A DNA stretch of 63,893 nt, the filler included, from Welwitschia mirabilis (lineage: Eukaryota), in assembly GCA_051453625.1 (NCBI GenBank). It is 6 parts of one record of this genome, joined end to end, with 100 filler letters (N's around TTAATTAATTAA, not from the genome) between each part and the next. Parts side by side here need not be neighbours in the genome. Positions count along the whole stretch, not along the records: positions 36,333 to 43,750 come from JBOZIK010000001.1; positions 43,851 to 51,359 come from JBOZIK010000001.1; 4 more parts are not named here. The stretch is one strand, 5' to 3'. Below are positions 38,131 to 50,794 of this stretch, piece by piece. The notes below the pieces were generated by a model. It searched no databases. It had not been told where the DNA came from and saw only the letters and a list, made by a program, of their open reading frames with translations. A program made the position numbers and the translations under genes. Numbering within the stretch: position 1 is the stretch's first letter; each line of letters opens with the position of its first letter.

Positions 38131-39866
38131 TAAAATCTTTACCTAGTATACTAAAATATATCTTTCTATGCAATGATCTAAATAAATCATTGATAATAAA
38201 CAATAAGAATCTATTTTAATCTCACTTTTGAATTCTAAGGTTAATACTTTTTTTTAAACACATAAAGATTTAATGACCATTCCTACTTTCATTGTTTAGA
38301 ATAAAATCTACTTCGAGGATAATGCAAAACCTATGAGTTAACCCTAACATAGACTAAATCTAGCCCTTAAATAAGTCATAAAAGATATAGTCATTAAATT
38401 AATAGATGCCAGAATTATTTATATCATATTTAATGGTGAGTGGGTTAGCCTTTTATGATATTGCCTAAAAAAGAAGGGAAGTGGAGAATGTGTATTGATT
38501 TTAGGAAGGTAAATAAAGTAATAAAGAAAAACCATTACCATTTACCTTTTCTTGACCAAATACTTGATAGAATTTAAGTGCATGTCTTTTCTTTCTTTCT
38601 TGATAAGTATAGTGATTATAATCAAGTCTATATAGTAAGTGAGAATTAAGTAAAATAATTTTCACTTTACCTTTTAGAACTTTTACCTTTAGAAGCATGC
38701 CTTTTGGACTTTGTAAGATCCCCATATNNNNNNNNNNNNNNNNNNNNNNNNNNNNNNNNNNNNNNNNNNNNNNNNNNNNNNNNNNNNNNNNNNNNNNNNN
38801 NNNNNNNNNNNNNNNAACTTTAAACAAATCTAAAAAAGGTAAGAGAAAGTTCTTAATAAATGCAGTAAGAGTGGCTTACATTTAAGTTGGAAGAAGAGTT
38901 TCTTTCTAGTTGATAATGGAATTAGATTTGGTTACTACATTTCTAGTGGGGGAATTAGAATGAACCCTGAAAAGTTAAGTATCATTAAAAACCTAATCCT
39001 TTCAATAAAACAAGTTTGATCTTTCCTTGATCATTATGATTTTTATTCACATTGTATTTAGGATTATGTAAACATTTATAAAGCCCTTTATTTGTTACTT
39101 GAAAAAGAAGCTAAATTTGAATGAAATAAATCTTGTNNNNNNNNNNNNNNNNNNNNNNNNNNNNNNNNNNNNNNNNNNNNNNNNNNNNNNNNNNNNNNNN
39201 NNNNNNNNNNNNNNNNNNNNNNNNNNNNNNNNNNNNNNNNNNNNNNNNNNNNNNNNNNNNNNNNNNNNNNNNNNNNNNNNNNNNNNNNNNNNNNNNNNNN
39301 NNNNNNNNNNNNNNNNNNNNNNNNNNNNNNNNNNNNNNNNNNNNNNNNNNNNNNNNNNNNNNNNNNNNNNNNNNNNNNNNNNNNNNNNNNNNNNNNNNNN
39401 NNNNNNNNNNNNNNNNNNNNNNNNNNNNNNNNNNNNNNNNNNNNNNNNNNNNNNNNNNNNNNNNNNNNNNNNNNNNNNNNNNNNNNNNNNNNNNNNNNNN
39501 NNNNNNNNNNNNNNNNNNNNNNNNNNNNNNNNNNNNNNNNNNNNNNNNNNNNNNNNNNNNNNNNNTTTCTTCTTCTCTTGATTATTTTATGTTTAATAAT
39601 TCTTTTTTTAGATGGATGAATTTTTACTATATATTATACTCATCCTTCTCCTTAGTATGATGACTTAGTTAATTATCATGTTACCATGAAAAAATCACAA
39701 TATTGAAGTTATAATCAAAGAAAATCTTTTCTCCATAGAATAGGTAATTATAAATAGATATAGCCACATCTTACCATAGGTGCAAAGACCAAATTATGAG
39801 AAATTAAGTGTCTGAATGGGAAAAATTAGACATCCTTCATATTTGTCATGGTCGTATTTGTGGAGG
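38131..39866 (+). pseudogene. Athila-lineage pol relic: pre-RT region, RT and start of the integrase zinc finger
   Basis: KSLPSILKYIFL...NKIYFEDNAKP...HRLN...KLIDARIIY...EWVS...PKKEGKWRMCIDFRKVN...HYHLPFLDQILDRI...MPFGLC. After a gap: VSEWEKLDILHICHGRICG (first H of HHCC). Confidence 0.92.
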
Positions 39867-40789
39867 NNNNNNNNNNNNNNNNNNNNNNNNNNNNNNNNNN
39901 NNNNNNNNNNNNNNNNNNNNNNNNNNNNNNNNNNNNNNNNNNNNNNNNNNNNNNNNNNNNNNNNNNNNNNNNNNNNNNNNNNNNNNNNNNNNNNNNNNNN
40001 NNNNNNNNNNNNNNNNNNNNNNNNNNNNNNNNNNNNNNNNNNNNNNNNNNNNNNNNNNNNNNNNNNNNNNNNNNNNNNNNNNNNNNNNNNNNNNNNNNNN
40101 NNNNNNNNNNNNNNNNNNNNNNNNNNNNNNNNNNNNNNNNNNNNNNNNNNNNNNNNNNNNNNNNNNNNNNNNNNNNNNNNNNNNNNNNNNNNNNNNNNNN
40201 NNNNNNNNNNNNNNNNNNNNNNNNNNNNNNNNNNNNNNNNNNNNNNNNNNNNNNNNNNNNNNNNNNNNNNNNNNNNNNNNNNNNNNNNNNNNNNNNNNNN
40301 NNNNNNNNNNNNNNNNNNNNNNNNNNNNNNNNNNNNNNNNNNNNNNNNNNNNNNNNNNNNNNNNNNNNNNNNNNNNNNNNNNNNNNNNNNNNNNNNNNNN
40401 NNNNNNNNNNNNNNNNNNNNNNNNNNNNNNNNNNNNNNNNNNNNNNNNNNNNNNNNNNNNNNNNNNNNNNNNNNNNNNNNNNNNNNNNNNNNNNNNNNNN
40501 NNNNNNNNNNNNNNNNNNNNNNNNNNNNNNNNNNNNNNNNNNNNNNNNNNNNNNNNNNNNNNNNNNNNNNNNNNNNNNNNNNNNNNNNNNNNNNNNNNNN
40601 NNNNNNNNNNNNNNNNNNNNNNNNNNNNNNNNNNNNNNNNNNNNNNNNNNNNNNNNNNNNNNNNNNNNNNNNNNNNNNNNNNNNNNNNNNNNNNNNNNNN
40701 NNNNNNNNNNNNNNNNNNNNNNNNNNNNNNNNNNNNNNNNNNNNNNNNNNGAGAGAGAGAGAACTATAATCTATTGTATCTATAATAAA

Positions 40790-42145
40790 TGTTGTGTGAA
40801 TTTAAACAATATTTAAGTTCTTAGGTAAAACCTATAAATCATAATACTTGCAAAAAACACATACTAGTATAGACAGAAGTTAATCTGAATGTTATAATCC
40901 ATTGAAGGTACTAAGCTTACAGTTAGAGAATTGATTTCATAAAGTATTTTAGTTTTTTATCTTTTAATAAAGAAAAGTAGATAATAATGCAAAATACAAT
41001 GGAAGATGAATAAAGGTGAAATGCAATGGATGAAATTCAAATGAGATGAGTTATATTTGGATTGTAATTCTTCTATCATAAGAACTAGTTCTTTATAATT
41101 TAGATCAATTAGGAAGAGTTTATCACTTATTTTTAACAAACATAAACTATAAGATATGCCAAATAGAATATAGATAATGCAAGTATAAAATGGAATAGAG
41201 GAATGCAATGCAAACCTAAACTAATGAAGTCAACCTTAATAAAGGTTACCTTTATGATCTAAATCAACTATAGAGATGTCACCAAACTATAATCAAGTTA
41301 TACCATAAGGGACATTTACACAATAGTAGTAAAAAGAGTAATTAAATTAATCATAAACATTTATGTCCACTTATAACAAAGTATCAGCATCTTAATAGAG
41401 GATACCTAACCCAAAACTAAGGAAAACTTCTTTCTGTAGCTACTGGATCGACCTTTTGTCCTTTAATCTTTTATCACAAGAACATTGAGTATAAAATATG
41501 AATTAAAAGTTAGGACAAGGAAGGTATTTATAGCTTTACATTAAAGGTTTTATAGCTATAATCCTAGAAATCAGAGAAGAAACCCTAGCATCCAGATGAA
41601 GTTTATGATCTTATTATAAGATAATTCAGTCCTATTTATATAAAACAGTTATCATCTTGACTATAGTGGGGATGATACTAGGGATAAAGCTCTATAACAA
41701 GAGATAATTCATTAGCTTCTAGCACCACAATTAGCCATACTGTTGGCTTCAAATGTGTCATTATTCATCATGTTATGGAGATGACACGAGGGACAACACC
41801 TCCTTATAAAAGAGGGTTCGTTGGCTCTTATTTCTAGTTCATGACATTATTGTAATAGGCTACTACAGTGTTTTCATCCTATCTATCATGAAAATCATAG
41901 TGGAGATGACATCCTTCAAAAGCTTTCTAGCTAAAGGAATTAGCCTTCTTTATCATTAATCTTCCTCTAAAACACTAAGTGTTAGAACATGCCTGAAATA
42001 CCTCCAAATATGCTAAGAATTACTTGTTTCTATGATCATCCTATTGATTCTTTATAATCATCAGAATTACATTCAGACCTATATAAATGTCCTATAATAG
42101 TAATTAAAATACATCATTAAATTCTTACAAATTGGCATTACAACA
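40790..42145 (-). repeat. Family A 3' LTR, 1356 bp
   Basis: TGTTG...CAACA termini. PPT AAGGCTAAGTAGGGGGTTA lies on the minus strand at 42146-42164. Colinear with, and the same length as, 55454-56809. Confidence 0.92.
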
Positions 42146-42735
42146 TAACCCCCTACTTAGCCTTATCAGTCCTTGACAAAGTGAGTGATCAACTATATTG
42201 TGNNNNNNNNNNNNNNNNNNNNNNNNNNNNNNNNNNNNNNNNNNNNNNNNNNNNNNNNNNNNNNNNNNNNNNNNNNNNNNNNNNNNNNNNNNNNNNNNNN
42301 NNNNNNNNNNNNNNNNNNNNNNNNNNNNNNNNNNNNNNNNNNNNNNNNNNNNNNNNNNNNNNNNNNNNNNNNNNNNNNNNNNNNNNNNNNNNNNNNNNNN
42401 NNNNNNNNNNNNNNNNNNNNNNNNNNNNNNNNNNNNNNNNNNNNNNNNNNNNNNNNNNNNNNNNNNNNNNNNNNNNNNNNNNNNNNNNNNNNNNNNNNNN
42501 NNNNNNNNNNNNNNNNNNNNNNNNNNNNNNNNNNNNNNNNNNNNNNNNNNNNNNNNNNNNNNNNNNNNNNNNNNNNNNNNNNNNNNNNNNNNNNNNNNNN
42601 NNNNNNNNNNNNNNNNNNNNNNNNNNNNNNNNNNNNNNNNNNNNNNNNNNNNNNNNNNNNNNNNNNNNNNNNNNNNNNNNNNNNNNNNNNNNNNNNNNNN
42701 NNNNNNCCAATTAACTAGTACAAATACTAATATAT

Positions 42736-43750
42736 TATTGTAGTGCATATTTATGCAAACATTTATAATAAAAAAGATCTTGTCCTTTACAAATAAATAA
42801 ATATCTTGTATAATACAACACACTAATATAGTTGGGAGTAAACCCAGATGTCGTATCTTGTTGAAGACTTACAAGAGAAGAATAAGAATTGATTTTCATA
42901 AAGATTATGTAATTGAACTTAAAGAACAATGCAGAAAATAAAGATACAATAAAAATGCAAATGCAACTAAGTCTAAATGTAATGCAAAATAAATCTAAAC
43001 TACTTTTCTTTAGATTTGATAAAGGCTACCCTTAATATATATATTACCAATGAAATTCCCATTAGATTAAGGGAAATATAAATCATAGGGAACATCTGAC
43101 AAATCTAAATGCAATAATGGAAATAAATTTTTGTATTAAAAGGAATCAAACATCTAAGTCATAAAATATCCAGGCTTCAATGGAAGATGCACAAACCTCC
43201 ACCAAGGGAACATCTTTCTACAACTCTTGAGATGGATCTTCCACCCTTTGATCTGCTATCACAAGAATTTCTGATGCATTAAAGACTAAAAGGAGAGTTG
43301 AAGAGGGACTTATTTATAGGGTTACAGACTAGAAAATAATAAACAAAAGTTACTACAATGCGTGCTCCATTACATACAAGAAACAGATAAAATAATCAAA
43401 GGTTAGTTATCAAAGTCAGTTACATTATTAGTGTCATGTTGATGATTGTCTAGATGATGGAGAGGATAATAGCTCATTATAAAACATAACTCAGCATGAT
43501 GACTCAGTAGTTTTTAGCAGTCTACATCAGTATCAAATATTGTCATCATCTTGTCTGTCATGGGGACAATAGAGGGGACAATAGCCTTCTTTGTCCATCT
43601 AAAGGAGAAGAAGGTAGCATTTCTATCAATAATATTCCTTCAAAGCTCTATGTATCAGTATGTGCCTTAAATGCCTTAAATCTTACTAAGAATTGCACAT
43701 TTTTAATATCTTCTCTTGATTTTCGAAAATCCTCAGAATTGTACCTAAAC
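42736..43750 (-). repeat. Family B 3' LTR (truncated by the scaffold end)
   Basis: Colinear with 46974 onward; terminus TATTG vs TGTTG. Confidence 0.88.
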
Positions 43751-43850
43751 NNNNNNNNNNNNNNNNNNNNNNNNNNNNNNNNNNNNNNNNNNNNTTAATT
43801 AATTAANNNNNNNNNNNNNNNNNNNNNNNNNNNNNNNNNNNNNNNNNNNN
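43751..43850. other. Artificial scaffold linker
   Basis: 44N-TTAATTAATTAA-44N. Confidence 0.97.
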
Positions 43851-44114
43851 TCTTAATTAAAGTATCTACTAACTCTAAAAGAATCTGAGTAGGCTCCATT
43901 CTACCCTCTAAACCAAGTCTTTTGCAAATGTGTAGTGATATGATATTAAAACTTGATCATATGTCAAGTAAAGCTCTCTTAATCTTTTTGTTTTTCTCTA
44001 ATGTAACATTTACTATTGTTTCCCCTAAATTTTTAAATCTAGATTATTTTTATAACACTAAATTTATGAGGGATTGAGCTAAAAAACTCTACTAGGAATA
44101 ACTTATTTTTTCTT
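43851..44114 (-). pseudogene. Retrotransposon aspartic protease relic
   Basis: Minus strand KRALLDI*SSFNIISLHICKRLGLEGRMEPTQILLE matches Athila ALLDLG.S.N.M......LGL....PT...L. Confidence 0.85.
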
Positions 44115-45039
44115 NNNNNNNNNNNNNNNNNNNNNNNNNNNNNNNNNNNNNNNNNNNNNNNNNNNNNNNNNNNNNNNNNNNNNNNNNNNNNNNNNNNNNN
44201 NNNNNNNNNNNNNNNNNNNNNNNNNNNNNNNNNNNNNNNNNNNNNNNNNNNNNNNNNNNNNNNNNNNNNNNNNNNNNNNNNNNNNNNNNNNNNNNNNNNN
44301 NNNNNNNNNNNNNNNNNNNNNNNNNNNNNNNNNNNNNNNNNNNNNNNNNNNNNNNNNNNNNNNNNNNNNNNNNNNNNNNNNNNNNNNNNNNNNNNNNNNN
44401 NNNNNNNNNNNNNNNNNNNNNNNNNNNNNNTAAATATCACAACCTTATAATCTTTTCTCATTCCATTAGGATTTGATAAAGGCTATATTATCAAGGACCC
44501 TTACCAACATGATTTGTTGAAGGATGCTTATTAAGTTTTTAATATTGGTATTTTGTTTCTCTTATAACTTTGTAAGGTTATCAATAATGCTTTAAAGAGA
44601 ATTATCTTGTTGTTGAAAATTTAATGGACCTGGTTGAGAGTTTGAATTTTAGAATTAATTTTTGAAAGGTTGAAAATTATGTTAAAAATAAGTATTCAAC
44701 CTAGGTTATGCCTAATTTTAATTTTAGAAGTTTTGAGATGTTTGATTAAAAGCAAAAACTTCTTCATTTATTATCTCTTTGTATGTTGGTAATAGAAAAT
44801 AGTTTTTAGTTATATGGTAATTGTCTTTGCATAAGTCACAAATTGGCACAACACTTCTTAGTTGCTAATTTAACATCTAAAATCATTTTAATATATTTCT
44901 TCTAGGTTATTATAAAATTTTGAATTAAATTTGTAGGATTATAATCCACCTCGTTTTCTTAATTAACTTCTTTTAAATCCCTAATAAGTTGGCCTATAAT
45001 GTGGTTTTCTTTTGATGTTATCCAAGTTTGACTACCCTT

Positions 45040-45500
45040 CACAAGGTCTTCTAATTTTTTCTAGGCATTTTTTAATGTAAGGTTCATAAGGTTTTCACCA
45101 TAAGAGAAGTCTACAAGTTGTTTTGTATGGAAATTTATTTCACTATAAAAGTAGTTAATTAATTCTTCTTATGAAAAAGCATATACTAGACTAGAGTGAG
45201 TTGCTACAAAGAAATGTTAGTATGTGGAAGCACAATCCTCATTTGATTTTTCTTAAAAGTTTGTTACTTCCTTTTATCTTTTTCTAATGGCTTCTTCACC
45301 CATGAATCTTTTAATGAAAGTTTTCTAAACTTGATCTCAAGATTTTGAACTTTTATGGGGTATAGTTTTTAGCCCATATTTAGCCTTCTTTTAATGTCAA
45401 TTGTCTTCTCTACTAAAGGTTGGGTAAGCATTTAGGGTTTTTAATTTAACATAATCTCCTAAGGACAGATCAAAAGGAGTTTGAATTTCTCATTTCTTAT
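45040..45500 (-). pseudogene. Athila gag (Retrotrans_gag) relic
   Basis: AKYGLKTIPHKSSKS*DQV*KTFIKRF...KEVTNF*EKSNE...EELINYFYSEI...KQLVDFSYGENLMNL...A*KKLEDL. Confidence 0.85.
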
Positions 45501-46579
45501 TGGACAATAATTCTCTAAGGGTAAGGTTTNNNNNNNNNNNNNNNNNNNNNNNNNNNNNNNNNNNNNNNNNNNNNNNNNNNNNNNNNNNNNNNNNNNNNNN
45601 NNNNNNNNNNNNNNNNNNNNNNNNNNNNNNNNNNNNNNNNNNNNNNNNNNNNNNNNNNNNNNNNNNNNNNNNNNNNNNNNNNNNNNNNNNNNNNNNNNNN
45701 NNNNNNNNNNNNNNNNNNNNNNNNNNNNNNNNNNNNNNNNNNNNNNNNNNNNNNNNNNNNNNNNNNNNNNNNNNNNNNNNNNNNNNNNNNNNNNNNNNNN
45801 NNNNNNNNNNNNNNNNNNNNNNNNNNNNNNNNNNNNNNNNNNNNNNNNNNNNNNNNNNNNNNNNNNNNNNNNNNNNNNNNNNNNNNNNNNNNNNNNNNNN
45901 NNNNNNNNNNNNNNNNNNNNNNNNNNNNNNNNNNNNNNNNNNNNNNNNNNNNNNNNNNNNNNNNNNNNNNNNNNNNNNNNNNNNNNNNNNNNNNNNNNNN
46001 NNNNNNNNNNNNNCAACTTGCTTTTGTTTTTGGGTGGAATTTAACATTGTAAACTAATTTTCTTCTTCTATAAGGTTTTCTTTAAGGGCATCTGATTCAG
46101 AAAAAATAAGTTGAGAATAATTATATGCACCTAGAGATTGCTTTTCCAATTTGCTTTCAATGTCCACCAGTACTTCTCTAATGTTTTACTCTATCAAACA
46201 ACATTTTTCTCTAATATTTCTTTTGTAGGTTGACCATATCANNNNNNNNNNNNNNNNNNNNNNNNNNNNNNNNNNNNNNNNNNNNNNNNNNNNNNNNNNN
46301 NNNNNNNNNNNNNNNNNNNNNNNNNNNNNNNNNNNNNNNNNNNNNNNNNNNNNNNNNNNNNNNNNNNNNNNNNNNNNNNNNNNNNNNNNNNNNNNNNNNN
46401 NNNNNNNNNNNNNNNNNNNNNNNNNNNNNNNNNNNNNNNNNNNNNNNNNNNNNNNNNNNNNNNNNNNNNNNNNNNNNNNNGAACAAAAGGCAAAAGAATA
46501 GAAAAATGAGCAGTTGTTTACCTTATCACGAGGACATTAAAGGAGATGATAATTATTATTATAAACTACAAAGAACCAA

Positions 46580-46900
46580 GAACTAAAAAATCAAAAAACT
46601 AAAAAAATTAAAAATGAGAACCAAAAAACTTAGAAACTTAAAAAATAAAAACCAAGATTCAAAAATTAAAAAAAAAGAAAATTGAGTACTGAAAAAATAA
46701 AAAACTGAAAAAATGGAAATCAAAACATAAAAAAACCAAAAAAAATGACAACTAAGAACCAAAAAATCTAAAAATCAAGAAAATGAAAATCGAGAACCAA
46801 AAAACCAAGAAACTATTAAAAAAATAAAAACTTAAAACCAAAAATTCAAAAACCCAAAAAAAATGAAAACTAATAATTTCTAAATAAATAACTAAATTGA
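46580..46900. repeat. Low-complexity A-rich degenerate repeats (T-rich 5' leader of family B)
   Basis: Recurrent GAACCAAAAAA / AAAACTAAAAAA motifs between the PBS and gag. Confidence 0.7.
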
Positions 46901-46952
46901 AATCCAATATACTCACTCGAATTACGATAATCCTTATGTTCCTAAATAATCT

Positions 46953-46970
46953 TTCCCAATAATAGAGCCA
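46953..46970 (-). promoter_or_regulatory. Decayed Athila-type PBS (tRNA-Asp type)
   Basis: Minus strand TGGCTCTATTATTGGGAA, 3 nt after the LTR CAACA end. Derivable mostly by transitions from TGGCGCCGTTGCCGGGGA. Confidence 0.65.
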
Positions 46971-46973
46971 ATT

Positions 46974-48620
46974 TGTTGTGATGTATATTTGTACAAACAT
47001 TTATACTCAAGAAGATCCTATCATTTACAAATAAAATAAATATCTTGCATAATATAACACACTAATATAATTAAGAGTGAACCAAATGTCATATCTCATT
47101 GAAGACTTACAAGAGAATAATAAGGATTAATTTTCATAAAGATTATATAACTAAACTTAAAGAACAATGTAGAAAATAAAGATACAATGCAAATGCAAAT
47201 GTAGCTAAGTCTAAATGCAATGCAAAATAAATATAAACTATTTTTTTTAGCCTTGATAAAGATCATCCTTAAGATCTATATCATCAAAGAAATTATTACC
47301 AGATTAAGAGCAATATAAAGCATAAGGAACATCTAACAAATATAAATGCAATAATGAAAATAAAGTTTTTGTATTAAAAGGAACCAAACATATAGATTAC
47401 AAAATAGCTGGGCCTTAATGGAAGATGTATAGCCCTCCACTAAGGGAACGTCTTTCTGTAACTCTCAAGATGGATCTTTTACTCTTTGATCTCCTATCAC
47501 AAGAATTTATAGTGCATCAAATATTGAGAGAAGAGTTCAAGAGGGACCTATTTATAGGGTTAAAAACTAGAAAATGATAAACAAAAACTGCTATGATACA
47601 TGCTCCATTACAAATAAGAAATGGACAAAATCATTAAAGGTTAGCTGTTATAATTAGTTACATTATCATTGTTGTCTTGACTATCATCTAAATGATGAAG
47701 GGGATGATAGCTCATTATAAAAGATATCTCAACATGATGACTCAGTAGTGTTTTAGCAGTCTATATTAGCATCAAATGTTATCNNNNNNNNNNNNNNNNN
47801 NNNNNNNNNNNNNNNNNNNNNNNNNNNNNNNNNNNNNNNNNNNNNNNNNNNNNNNNNNNNNNNNNNNNNNNNNNNNNNNNNNNAGCATAAGGAACATCTA
47901 ACAAATCTAAATGCAATAATGAAAATAAAGTTTTTGTATTAAAGGGAACCAAACATCTAGATTACAAAATAGCTGGGCCTTAATGGAAGATGTATAGCCC
48001 TCCATTAAGGGAAAGTCTTTCTATAACTCTCAAGATGGGTCTTTTACTCTTCGATCTCCTATCACGAGAATTTTTAGTGCATCAAAGATCGAGAGAAGAG
48101 TTTAAGAGGGACCTATTTATAGGGTTAAAAACTAGAAAATGATAAACAAAAAGTGCTATGATACATGCTTCATTACAAATAAGAAATGGACAAAATCATT
48201 AAAGGTTGGCTATTAGAGTTAGTTACATTATCAGTGTCATCTTAACTATCATCTAAATAATGAAGGGGATGATAGCTCATTATAAAAGATGACTCAACAT
48301 GATGACTCAGTAGTGTTTTAGCAGTCTATGTTAGCATCAACTATTATCTTCATCCTACCAATCATAGAGATGACAAAGGGAATGACGATCTTCTTTGTCC
48401 ATCTGAAAAGAAAAAGATAGCATTTTTGTTAGTAATATTCCTCCAAAGCTCAGTGTATTATAATATGCCTTCAATGCCTTAAATCTTGCTAAAAATTACA
48501 AATTTTCAAGATATTCTATTGATTCTCCAAAATCCTCAGAACTGCAGCTAAACCTATGTAAATGTCTTGTAAAATAGCTCATAGAACCCCATCAAATAAT
48601 TACAAATTGATAGAACAATA
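46974..48620 (-). repeat. Family B 5' LTR (inflated by the redundant copies 47318-47783 / 47884-48350)
   Basis: TGTTG...CAATA termini on the + strand, next to the PBS, homologous to 42736-43750. Confidence 0.85.
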
Positions 48621-50794
48621 CATATTCATAATCCCCCTAGTTAAACACATTACNNNNNNNNNNNNNNNNNNNNNNNNNNNNNNNNNNNNNNNNNNNNNNN
48701 NNNNNNNNNNNNNNNNNNNNNNNNNNNNNNNNNNNNNNNNNNNNNNNNNNNNNNNNNNNNNNNNNNNNNNNNNNNNNNNNNNNNNNNNNNNNNNNNNNNN
48801 NNNNNNNNNNNNNNNNNNNNNNNNNNNNNNNNNNNNNNNNNNNNNNNNNNNNNNNNNNNNNNNNNNNNNNNNNNNNNNNNNNNNNNNNNNNNNNNNNNNN
48901 NNNNNNNNNNNNNNNNNNNNNNNNNNNNNNNNNNNNNNNNNNNNNNNNNNNNNNNNNNNNNNNNNNNNNNNNNNNNNNATATCCAAGCAACTCTTTAAAA
49001 ATGATCCTTTTAAAAATAAAAATTTTTGCTTAATATCTTAGGAGAACCTCAAAAGTATGTCTTGCCCTCCAACAGGTAAAGCAAAACACCCCAGACTGCA
49101 ACATAGCTAAAAGAATGATTATCATCTTGTCTATCATGAGGACAATAGATGTGGAATGACACTGATTAAATCAAATGTTGGAAATATAGGAAAAAATTAA
49201 AAAATTCTAACAGAAGTCAGCACAAAATCATGAAGAATTTAAAAAGTGAAGNNNNNNNNNNAACTTCTCAAATATATCCAAAGTTAATAATCATTCAATA
49301 TTTTGTAAGTAAATGTATGCAAAATTAAAAGCAAATAAATGGAAAAACATTAGCAAAAAACAAAAGGAACACATCAATCAAAGTAAAAGAAATGAATTAA
49401 TTAAATTGATTAAAAAAACAACCCTTATAAATAAAACCTAGGAGTGAAAATAAAAATAAAACTAGAAAAATACCAAATAATTAAGTCCTAATTATTGTAT
49501 GGAAAAGATATAGAAATGACTTCAAAAATTTGAGATAAAACAACTATAAAAAACATGATAAAAATGGGCAACTAGGAACACAAAGAAAATTTTTTACCTA
49601 CCCAAAATTCCACCCTAGCAAATTATTTTGGTAGAAATCATAAAATCACTTGATAATAATGCATGACATAATGTAAAAAACTCATAAAGGACCACTTAAA
49701 TAAGTAATGATTATGATGGAACTAGGTATATCTAATGTTTTTAATTAAGGAATAATAAGATCAAAAGCTATTCAAAAATGAACTTATTTATTCATACTCC
49801 AAAGTGACACCAGAATCCAAAAAAGTAGAATAATCATGTAAAAGCAAAATGAGTTTGAAAAACAATCAATGCTTCTAATAATACCAGAGACATCACTGGT
49901 TCCATAGCCTCTAAGTAAAAATTATTTTTTTCATGATAAGAAAAGTGTAACCACTGTCAAATGAGTAAGGACCTATACAACATGATCGACTGACCTCTTA
50001 GTGGAGTTCCCATAGCTATTATATCATACTGCTAAAGGCCCCTCTAGAGAAAATTTACCCTTGTGTGCTTGCGGTAGGACATCATGATGACCATGGTTTT
50101 AGTTCAGATACAAAAAGATCATGGTCATTATTTATTAATTTATTTTTCTCTTTCTTTGTCTCTTTTTTTTTTTGTTTGTGAAAAGANNNNNNNNNNNNNN
50201 NNNNNNNNNNNNNNNNNNNNNNNNNNNNNNNNNNNNNNNNNNNNNNNNNNNNNNNNNNNNNNNNNNNNNNNNNNNNNNNNNNNNNNNNNNNNNNNNNCCT
50301 TTAAAATAAGATTCATAGATGTATGAACGTCTTAAGATTGGATGAATTTAATATTATCACTTAAAATGGCCAAGTAAAAGATTTACTAATCATGGTAACT
50401 TTATAAATTAAGACATTTATCAAGTTAAAGATGTTCAAGTAATAGTATGACATTTACCAAAATAATAGGCTAAGGAAGAATTTAGATAATGACAGGAGGA
50501 AAATTTAAGACAAGTGCTTCTATCATGTTTAAGGTTTAATAAATAGATATTTTAATTATTTTTAACCTAACATTATTAAATTCTAAATTTCCTAAGTGTT
50601 TAGGTTGGAGGTTTCAAGTAAGCCATTTTAAGATGTACCTTTTCTAAAAGGTAAGGACCTAGCCATTGAGAGATTTAGTGAGTTGTGTAAAAAGTACACT
50701 CGGGTATTGTATTTTTTTAAAAAAAAAATAAGAGCCAAACCAAATAGAAACCAATTGATAAAACATAAAATTATATAATCATTTTGAAGTAAAA

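Larger units (their letters stand above)
42736..48620 (-). mobile_element. Family B Athila element with both LTRs, PBS, gag and protease; RT-RH-INT not assembled or absent
   Basis: Homologous LTRs at 42736-43750 and 46974-48620, 5-bp flanks TATAT / CATAT, and PBS, gag and protease in the correct order on the minus strand. Confidence 0.85.

Noticed and set aside
9876..48990. Long ORFs of 100-380 aa in the ORF track that consist mostly of X
   Set aside because: They are read-through of N gaps, not coding evidence.
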